Shown: one piece after another, positions 54,576 to 64,000 of the stretch | How positions within the stretch are numbered: position 1 is the stretch's first letter | How the letters are laid out: each line of letters opens with the position of its first letter | NCBI GenBank assembly: GCA_037379345.1 | Contig: CM074511.1 | Coordinates: 36,896,862 to 36,960,861 of the forward strand | Source: Perna viridis | Lineage: Eukaryota | DNA length: 64,000 nt | Direction of reading: 5' to 3' | Notes under the pieces: model-generated | Told to the model about the DNA's origin: nothing | Database searches by the model: none | What the model saw: only the letters and a program-made list of their open reading frames with translations | Program-made: the position numbers and the translations under genes

Positions 54576-55660
54576 TATGAATATGGCTTACATGTAGGAT
54601 ACATGTATTCTCCTCCTTATTGTGTGAATAGGGCTTACATGTAGTATACATATACTCTCATCCCCATTGTGTGAATAGGCCTTACAAGTGACTGCCATAG
54701 AGCCCCACTCTAATGAATCCAGGTATCCAGAACACATTACATAATATGGTGCTTTGTAAAACTTCATAGAATCTATTTTAAAACTATTTTTTATAATTTC
54801 CCAGTATCATTCCCTACCTTTTTCAATTTAACAACAAAACAAACCTATTCCTTTTTTTAAAACTACTTGAACATTTCATGTAATATCATTATATATCTGT
54901 CATCCAGAGAAAAATATTAGAACCATTTGAAAAATATAAATATAGAAATATTGATATAAATATAAAACTGCCATGGAATGAATAAAATGCAGTACTTAAA
55001 GTACAGACTATCAATATTTATGACCGAAATGAAAGTAAAAGATCTATTAAAGAAAACCTATAATGTTATTTCTAGTAATACTATGATATTTATATAATAA
55101 CAATGCAGGAAAGTGCAGGCTTTGTTATGGGTGTTTATGTAACATGAGGAAATTGTTACTATTTAAATCAACTGCCAATAAATGAAGCCATTGAGCTTGA
55201 GCATTTAGATTTAGTGATATTCAAATTTCTGAATACAAAAGTACCAATCATATAAATATTGCAAATATCAATATGCTGTACAAATGATTCAAGGAGTAAC
55301 CACTCATCAGCTGCATTAGATCCAAATACATAGAAAAATCTAAATCCAAAAGTCAAATGTATACAAGAAGTATTCCAAACCAAAAATGTTGATATAGTAA
55401 GCCAATTCTAGCACTGAAAAGTTCTACCATGTACAATACAAGCCTTAGTTTTTCAGTGGTTCTGAATTGTGTGATTCTGCAAGTAAGTATTTGTGACTTT
55501 GTGTAACAAATCTTTTAACAGGGCTTACATTTAGACATACATGTACTCTCACCCCTGAAGTGAGAATAGACCTCACATGTAGATCTTCATACACTCTCAT
55601 CCCAATTGTGTGAATATGGATTACATGTAGCATACATGTACTCTTAGCCCCATTGTGTGG
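54576..55660. repeat. Two separated arrays of a roughly 47-bp TACATGTA-containing repeat (54576-54690 and 55520-55660)
   Basis: Shared unit GTGTGAATAGGGCTTACATGTAG..TACATGTACTCTCATCCCCATT. Confidence 0.7.
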
Positions 55661-56375
55661 GTATCACCCACTTTTTATCTGGATCTGTTGCCTGGACAGG
55701 TGTATAAAATATCTAATTAAAAATGTTTTGCTCAGAACAAGCCAGTAATACTATTTCTGCTCAGATCTTCAAGAATTAAATCAACTTTCTGCTGCCCATT
55801 TATCAGCCATAAGCCATAGTGTGGATCTCATAAAATCAGTAGATAAGAAATAACATGTAAATAGATAAAAAAAAAATAAAAAAGGGCTATAACTCCAACA
55901 TGGGTCAACAGAATTTCATGAAATTTTGTCATGCAAAGATTTTATCTTGCTGAACACTTTTACCTATCAGACTGTGTCTAAACTTAATGATTTTTTTTTT
56001 AGATATTTGCAAAGTAAATTTAAACCCAAATCTTTTATCAAGGTAAAGCTAACTTCAGCTCAACACCACTCATAGCCCTATATATGCATATATTGTATTC
56101 TATTTGGCTCTAGTCTGAATGGAACTGGCCAATATCAGTTACCAATACATAGACTAATATATGTTAATGTAAAATATACAGACAGACTAATTGATTGTGT
56201 CACAGTATTATCTGGAAATTCAACAACACAATTTTTCATTTCGTCATTTCATCAATAAAGATCCTCTCAGCTTAATGATTCAATATTCTATAATACCTGT
56301 GCAATTAATGCTGTCCCAAACAAAATTAACATTGTATCAATCAATATTTACCAATTAAAGCTAATGTGTTCTTAC

Positions 56376-56452
56376 CTGGTAGACTTCAGCTTAATTCCTC
56401 CCTCCTAATTAAATCCTCACTCAACAGGCTGAACAAATCTTTCTAGAAGTAT
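56376..56452 (-). other. Candidate non-coding 5'-UTR exon (77 nt)
   Basis: ttatttatattttAG acceptor and CAG|GTAAG donor, on the same strand as the axotactin-like gene; no recognisable coding content. Confidence 0.35.
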
Positions 56453-57124
56453 CTAAAATATAAATAATTCATTAATCAAGTTAAATAAGTACCTGCTAAA
56501 ATACATTGATATGAGAGCAGACTTGGTTACCAAGAAATTTGAAGGGTTAAACAAGAGGATGGTTTTCTTAGTTTGGTTTTGACGATTGTTTTGAACCAAA
56601 CGCCTACTTTTTTACAAAGGAGAGTTGTTAACAAGCTTTTAGCGTTAGCTTAAGGAGGAGTTACCACAAAAATAAACTTTGAATTTCAAGGTGTTATAAT
56701 TAGGGTGTCTCGATTCACTCAAAGCAGTCGTGTGCCTTGAAGCCAGCTTTTTTTAACCGTGAAGTTGTGTTGAAGTATCTCTCAAGCTGCAATAATTGGC
56801 ATCCTTAAAAGTGTAGAAGGCAAAAGAAAAGTATTTAAATCAAATGATAAAACATTTAAACAGCTTAATTTCAAAGAAGTAGGAAGTGGGTTGGCAAAAA
56901 TAGTTTTGATTGTCATACTTTGAAAATGAAATGTACGTATTCATGTAAACACAATGATGCCATTCCTCATAAAAAAGGGGGGAGAGTCTTAGACACTTCA
57001 GATTTCATAAACAGATTCTATAGTATTAGGCTACATATCATGTCTGCCTGTTTGTATCAAGAATTTTTTCTTCTTTTTGAAAGCCTACAATGCTGACACA
57101 AAATATAAATGTTCATACATGTAC

Positions 57125-57628
57125 TACGAAAAAGTGAGTAATTGCTCACTAATTTGATATCTGCCAACTCCCCCATTTAAAAACATGCATCTTTTGACCT
57201 CCATAATGATTTGGTTCAAAATCTGAAATAGGAGATGCTAATGGGAACATGTAATAAAGATTCTGTGAAAGTTTTGTTCACTTCCATTCATTAGTATAGG
57301 AGATGTAATGGATAGGGAGGGGTTCCCAAAAAGTCTTCATGTTCACAAAAGATAAAGTCCATGTTTTTGTATGTGCAACCCCCAAACTGATTCAGATCAA
57401 TCCATAAATAAGAGGTGCAAAATGGGAATATGTAATAAAGGTTTTGTGAAAGTTTCATTCAAATCCATTCAGTGGTATAGAAGGAGTAACAGATAAAAGA
57501 CAGGTCCCCTTGTGTAACAGAAGGAAGGAATGAATTATGAATGGATGGAAGGAATAAAGGATAAATGGGAGGATAGAGGGACACCACCGTCACTATATAC
57601 CACCACACTTTGCAAGTGGGGTTATAAT
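57125..57628. mobile_element. HINE-like element of the same family as 1795-2096, with a tandemly duplicated core
   Basis: GTGAGTAATTGCTCAC palindrome, two copies of the ATGGGAA..GTAATAAAG..TGTGAAAGTTT core, shared CCCCT..TGTGTAACAGAAGG, GGAA/GGAT repeats and a terminal hairpin. Confidence 0.65.
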
Positions 57629-59898
57629 ACAAATGAAGAACACATTAAATGAGAAAGTGCATTGGCACAATGACCAAGTTGTTAAAAACAGATCTTCTTC
57701 CACATACATGGCATTAGGGAATACCAACATGACCATAAAAATCACCATTAGTAGGCTTCCACCAGCAAAAATTCTAGTATGTAATTTTGTTACACATAGT
57801 GGGTGCTACAAATATCACCCCTGAGTACCATAAACCTATCCATTGTACATAAAACAGCTATATTACTAGTTAGTACTACCATTTTACACTGTATGCCAGG
57901 ACTGTAGTAGGTACTAAATCAACCTGTTGGTCTGGCTAGCTACCAACTATTACTGTCACTACGTATTAAGAACCAATAGATCATGGGAGTGTTTACCTCC
58001 ATGCTTTATTATTACTAAGCCAGAATTGTGAAGGGAATTGGTCTGTCTATGTAATATATATCTGATTTGTTACATACAACAGATCTGGGTGATCTTTTAA
58101 GTCATTTTAAGACAACAGGCTTAGACACATAAGCCATGCAATAAGTATAGAGTACATCCAGGAAATTGGTAGGGACCTATTCATTGTTTCAAGGAGACTG
58201 ATTTGTTCAGTGAGTGAACACACCTTAGACAGCAGGAACACAGACAATGTGATACAGACAGTAAAAATTTCCTTGGCCTAAGACAATTTGAGTTTGAGAA
58301 ATAAACTTACACCTTCAAATTGAAAGTACACGTACAGATGTACTGGTACATGATACAAAAAAAATGGTACCTTGAAGTTTTTTAAAATCCTTACTTTTAT
58401 TTCTTGTCAACTTGTACAAATTTAATTTTCAAAGACTTCATTGTACTTAAGAGATAAGAAATATCAGCAGAGATCTTGGTGGATTTCTTGGAGATAAAAT
58501 CTGTATACCTACTGCTAATTAAGCATGCTGTTGGTTCACTCCCACAACATCTTTCCACAAATACAGCTTTGTATGGTTCAAGGATTAAAATATAAAATGT
58601 TAAAAATATAAAAGCAAAGTAGTAATAAATGTGATTCAATTAACACCAATTAGACCTATTCTAGGGAAATTATCATATTTATTGCACAATCAGTGACAAA
58701 GATATCCCACCCTCCCTCTGAGAAAATGTACTGATGACTACGACAGAGTCAGTTGTTAAATCTGGTGTTATGCCTGTTTTCTCTAACACCAGACTCATGT
58801 TTATATCTCAGTAATTAGTTATGACGTAACAAGCAAGAATTTCTGATGGGTTTTGATACCTTTTTTCATAGTTAATAGTGTTTATTTTTGGTATAATATT
58901 CAATCAACATGGTGGTATTGATAGCAAACATTAATGTTGTGTAACAACTATAAAGCATGTAATACTTGTACGAATTCCGTAAACTTTTAGTGCAAACAGC
59001 ATTTACGTCAGTTGACAATTTTTAGCCTATTGTCAACAATTGTTTTGCTGTTTAAGGGTTTTCCTTTTGAAACCTTTAACAGTACTGGTCAAACCCTGGC
59101 CTACCACATTGTAAAACAGATTCTCAATTATTTTTGTGAAATTAGGACTACCTACCGGTATTGTAAAACATATTTTAAACTATGAAATTTGATGAAACAG
59201 ACCTTGTATAAATTTAAAGAGCCCTGTCAATACCAATCCTGTTCTGAAATCCTATCCAATATGAAATCAGTAATCCAAAACCTCCTTAAACCAAACATCT
59301 TGTTTAACCAGGTTTTCTTGTACTATAATTATTTTTATCAAGTCCAAATTTGTAAGCTTTAGCTTTCGGTATACAGAGTTTTATACTTTTTTCAACAGGA
59401 AGTACTATCATTCACTTCAAAGTAAGTGTACATGGTCATTTACAAAACAGTGAGTGATCTCACCAAGTGATACCTCTCACTGGCAAATACTATGTATGTT
59501 AGATGCAAAAACTTTAAGATGGATTATCTCACTTAGCAAGCATTTGACTTTGAATCATGCACATTTACATGTAATCAAATCTCCATATAAAGTTTTATCA
59601 AAATCTAATAAATGGTTCAAGAGAAATGACATTTTCTAGGAACACAGACAGACAAACAGATATACAGATAGGCTGGCAGGAAGGCAGACACAAACAGATA
59701 AGGGAAATGTTAAAGATCCTCCTCCGCACCATACTGTTTTAGGGGATAATATATATCAAAAAATTTTTGAGAATTAAATATGAAAAATTACTGTTTATAA
59801 ATTTTCCTACAAAATAAATTTTGAGTGAAAATGAATTAAATTCTAATAATATAAGAAAATGAGGAATATGTTTTATTAAAATAAAAATAAACAACTAG

Positions 59899-60897
59899 AG
59901 ACACAAACTACTACCCGCACTACCAAACTCAGCAGCTGATATTAATATTGAGGGTGAATGGGCTGAAACAACTGTTCGACAACAATTTCTTCTAGCAGAT
60001 GACAACACACATGGCCGCATGTTGATATTTAGTACACCAACCAACCTTACTCACTTAGCTGCAGCTACTACTATTTATGCTGATGGTACATTTTACTCAT
60101 GCCCTACCTACTTTTACCAGTTATATACTCTTCACGCTATGGTTGATGGAACTATGTTTCCACTGGTGTACAGTTTACTACCCGGTAAAGAACAACCAAT
60201 GTATATTCGACTACTCAGTATACTCAAAGATCTATGTAACACCAACAACACTCCTCTTCACCCGACAACCATATTTGTAGACTACGAAACAGCAGTACAC
60301 AATGCCGCCTACGCAGTATTCCCTGGCATCAACATCAAAGGTTGTTTCTTCCACTACACCCAGTGTATATGGAGAAATGCACAGAAACATGGCCTTCAAA
60401 CTGCATACAAAGATGATGAGTATGTCCACCAACTAGTTCGTAGAGCAGCTGTACTACCACTACTACCACCAAACACTGTTGAAGACGTATGGTTTAATGC
60501 ACTTGAGGACATCAACGATGCTGACACCAACATTGACACTTTAGGTTTCACCGACTACGTCACCAGCTACTGGGTTGAAGGCCATCGCAACCTCTGGAAC
60601 CACTATGCCACAGAGGGACCCAGAACTACAAATCTTGAAGGTTGGCATGGGAAGTTGAAGAAACTTGTAAAATCACCACACCAGAACATTTTCAACATGA
60701 TTCGACTACTCAAACAAGAAGAAGCAATACACGCATTGACTCTAATACAGTATTCAGCTGGTGGTAAACGAGTACCAAAGAAAAGAAAATACAGAGAGAT
60801 AAACAGACTCGCCAACCTGAAAACCAGACTTCAAAACCAGGAACTCACACCAGTCCAGTATGCTGATGCCGCATCTTACTTGTTACACATTGACTGA
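59899..60897 (+). CDS. Mutator-like (MULE) DDE transposase, 5'-truncated but uninterrupted reading frame
   Basis: Motifs YADGTF, FVDYE, GCFFH and RTTNLEGWH. The frame stays open for 40 codons upstream of the ATG at 60019 (RHKLLPALPNSAADINIEGEWAET...) up to a TAG at 59896-59898. No N-terminal DNA-binding domain is present. Confidence 0.9.
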   Translation, partial: RHKLLPALPNSAADINIEGEWAETTVRQQFLLADDNTHGRMLIFSTPTNLTHLAAATTIYADGTFYSCPTYFYQLYTLHAMVDGTMFPLVYSLLPGKEQPMYIRLLSILKDLCNTNNTPLHPTTIFVDYETAVHNAAYAVFPGINIKGCFFHYTQCIWRNAQKHGLQTAYKDDEYVHQLVRRAAVLPLLPPNTVEDVWFNALEDINDADTNIDTLGFTDYVTSYWVEGHRNLWNHYATEGPRTTNLEGWHGKLKKLVKSPHQNIFNMIRLLKQEEAIHALTLIQYSAGGKRVPKKRKYREINRLANLKTRLQNQELTPVQYADAASYLLHID

Positions 60898-61497
60898 AAT
60901 TTACCATGTTTTATTTGTGTTTCACCAGTATATTTGTGCTTTTTGTCTTGAATTAACTTTTGCAATATTGCAGTATGATTTTAGTAATTTGTTTATATTT
61001 GTGCTTCTTTCTGATCAAAGAATTTTGTTAGTGCTAAATAATTTAGTAGTTCAATATGTTGTTTATATATAATCAAATGTACAAAATAAAAAAATGAATT
61101 TATTTAGTTTTAATTTCTTTTTCTCATGTTCAAATCATTTATTCCATGAAGATACCAGGAGGCATGATTCAGACAAAGTCATCACAAATATAACAGAATA
61201 CAACAATACAATATCAGACAAAATCAGTTTTTATAGCACAGTTTCCCAACAAACATTAAAAAAATCAAAAGTAAATGTACTGAAGTAAGCAAAGGATACA
61301 TTTACAAAACATATTAATTCCAACATTCTTACAAAAAATCACCTTTTTACCTGTAATTAACATCACCAATTAAATAATGTTTTTACAAGCTAATCCGATT
61401 GTTTGTCCAATGTTTACACAATAATTCCACCTATTCCAACATGAAATTTTTGTTTTTTTAACTTAAATTTCAAAATGTTGGAATAGGTGGAATGAAC
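59899..61497 (+). mobile_element. 5'-truncated MULE DNA transposon with probable right end
   Basis: Transposase, T-rich 3' UTR, AATAAA at 61085-61090, and a perfect 19-bp inverted repeat at 61424-61442 / 61475-61493. The right boundary is approximate. Confidence 0.7.
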
Positions 61498-61672
61498 TGT
61501 TAAATATAAGTTCCAAAACATCATGCTAAATTAAGGAATAAAAAATACATTTTATGAATTTTTAAGTGAGAAGAATTGTAGATTACATGTCACAAATGTC
61601 ATAACATGGTCATCATTCAATATGTATGATTGATTATAGATTTTGTATATCATTTACCTCTACTTGACTTAC

Positions 61673-61739
61673 CTGTAAATCTGGAAGGTGAGGTCAAGTG
61701 TAAGATTTATTTCTAATCCTTCGGCAACAACTTATAATC
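61673..61739 (-). other. Candidate non-coding 5'-UTR exon (67 nt)
   Basis: tttgtattgcAG acceptor and full-consensus CAG|GTAAGT donor. Confidence 0.35.
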
Positions 61740-62373
61740 CTGCAATACAAATCAAAAGGTGCTTCCATTCAATACATTCTTCTGATATTTACAAGTTCTT
61801 TAATGAAATTACATTTATATCAATCAGATTGTGACAAAACTTTTTAAGGACAGCTGCTACTGACTTTTTCATTGGCCCATGTAATCGGTTAATGTAAATA
61901 AACTACTTGTGCACATCAAAAAGATAAGGTGAGAGTCATTATATTGATGTGTTTATTATTTGTTCACTCTGTGTTGATTCCACTGGGGAATGTGGGGGCA
62001 CTTAGAGAGGAGACTTCAATACTATACTACAAATCCTAGGATGGGCTCCAGAGTTTGAAATTGAGCAAAAAATTTAGTGGTGGATCCAAGACTTCCAATA
62101 AGAGGGGGGTTGAAACTGACCTTAGAGTGGGCCAGTTCAAGTGATTTCTAGTATTTATTTATTATCTAACAATATTTCTGGCATAGGAAAAAGTCTGGAA
62201 AAAATTGAGAGTATCCTGGTTGGCTAAAATGATATCACATTTCAGCAGAATCTACTGTTATTCTGAGGAAAGATTCCAGGAAATAAGCACCAAATACCCA
62301 AAGAGGAAGCCATTTTGAGAAATTATGACTTGTCATAAAATATTAATGAACATCCTGTTGGATTCTTCTTTTT

Positions 62374-62545
62374 GAAAGATATACCTGTAATAACAGACTG
62401 TTACATGTATCTTTGGAAAGATATACCTGTAATAACAGGCTGTTAGATGTATATTTGGAAAGATATACCTGTAATAACACTGTTACATGTATCTTTGGAA
62501 AGATATACCTGTAATAACAGACTGTTACATGTATCTTTCAAAAAG
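62374..62545. repeat. 42-bp palindromic minisatellite, 4 copies
   Basis: Unit GAAAGATATACCTGTAATAACAGACTGTTACATGTATCTTTG at 62374, 62416, 62458 and 62498. Confidence 0.93.
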
Positions 62546-62946
62546 GGAAATGATATAAAGACTTTAATCTTGGAAAACAATTTTTACCTGTTTCCATGCC
62601 GGTAATAAAAAACCTTACCCATGAAAAATAATTTTGATATTAATACAAATTCGCTAAACTGCCGATGATAGAATATTGACAGATCAACCTGACTTACAAT
62701 TTTCAACAACTAGTATAAGTTGAAAAGAAAAGTATTATGAGCTGCTTGTTCATAGGGGACAGTGAAAATGGGCTGAATACTGGCAAAAAAATACTGAAGT
62801 GTTAGGAGTGGGATGACTCAAATAGGTAAAAATCCCAAAGCATTACCAAAACGTGAACACATGAAAATTGTAGCAAACCAAATGAAAAAATAACAATTAT
62901 AACTATAGATCAGGGAAACAAGACATCACACAAAAAAAACTAAAGT

Positions 62947-63006
62947 ATCAGCAATATGAACTCCCACAATAAGCAGGGAGTGACATCAGGTGCTCTGGAA
63001 GGGTAA
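62947..63006 (-). mobile_element. Degenerate remnant of the same type of retroelement 3' structure
   Basis: Reverse complement TTACCCTTCCAGAGCACCTG..CTCCC..GGAGTTCATATTGCT aligns by eye with 5420-5478. Confidence 0.55.
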
Positions 63007-64000
63007 AATGACTAATTAATTACATGTAGTTAATACTGAAACATAAAAGAATTTAAGATTCTCTTAGTTTTAGTGCTTGAACTAATAATCAATTCATTGT
63101 TAGAAAATTAAAAAGCTGCTTAGATATTTGTAAGTACCTGTTATAGTGTGTTTTTAAGCTGCTTGCTTTGAATTAGAGTCAAAATTATGCTGGTATCAAT
63201 AATTCTCCAATTTCTCCAACAGATGCTTGTGAAACAGATTGCTATAAGTAGAAATTTAAATTATTTCACACAAGTGTTTTCCAAGTCAATGAATTCTACA
63301 GCTGTTTTCTTTTCCTTATTTCTTTCCTTATTCCAATTTGTTGTTCAATGATCAAAGCTTCAGATTTAAATGAGAGACAGTCTTAATTTAACTAAGAAAT
63401 TAAAAAAAGCTAAATATTCCAAGATTAAATAATTGGAAATAACAATTACAAAAGAACATGTAAGTGTTCACATGCTGCATATTAAGTACACCACATAAAA
63501 TACTCAAACAAATGGAAAATTCAACCAACCTGCTCAACAAAATCTATCATAAAGACTAATGAAATTTTCACAGTTTCTGTGATCAATCTGCTTTTGCAGG
63601 AGTTTTATATTTGTGATCTCTCCTAAAGTTGTATTACAATATTCTATAAGAAAAAAAATGTTTTTTTTCCTGTTACGGGTCTTACTACAAGAAAATACAG
63701 TTATTGCAAAAAAAAAAATCTTTTTTTTTTCACAGGATATGATTCAAAGACTCAAACTATTGGATAAATTCAAAATTTTTTGGAACCCCTCTCACCCACC
63801 CCCCCAAAAAAAAATAGTATAAAATGTACAACTTCAAATAAAATGCTTACTACCTACCAATTTTCATGAAATTCTGTACAGTTATCCAGAGGAGTTGTGC
63901 TGATGGGCTGTTTCAGTAGTGTATTTGGGGTAAATTTTAATCAAATCACAAATTACAGAGGAATATATTATGATGAATTTTTGAAATTTTTAACTCAAGG

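Noticed and set aside
11100-59800. Remaining 60-130-aa ORFs in the track
   Set aside because: Low-complexity, F/I/K/L-rich translations of AT-rich DNA, many without a true ATG, with no domain motifs or consistent splice phases.
60077-61288. Small ORFs overlapping or following the transposase
   Set aside because: Alternative-frame or UTR ORFs with no recognisable motifs.

Overview
AT-rich, CpG-poor animal genomic DNA. The repeat families look like those of bivalve molluscs, probably Mytilus-like (inference). The only host protein-coding content is the 5' end of a minus-strand neurexin-superfamily gene, most like axotactin. Five phase-compatible GT-AG exons (10994-10580, 4372-4217, 2383-2135, 1046-937, 545-385) encode signal peptide, LamG, EGF and the start of a second LamG, and the gene continues off the left edge. 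The ATG exon has its own splice acceptor, so some or all of the 53 kb to its right is probably 5'-UTR intron; it holds candidate non-coding exons. That region contains a 5'-truncated Mutator-like (MULE) transposase in an open frame, a near-perfect 4 x 571-bp tandem duplication, many MITEs (TTAA-, TA- and 5-bp-target types), HINE-like elements, SINE and Penelope-like remnants, and hairpin-bearing minisatellites. I cannot support a wholly new biological system. The best leads are a 110-nt exon created only at the junctions of the 571-bp array, a structured RNA at the 3' end of a Penelope-like element, a templated capture of local DNA inside a fold-back element, and two TTAA elements sharing one target site. 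All family assignments are from recalled motifs, not database searches.
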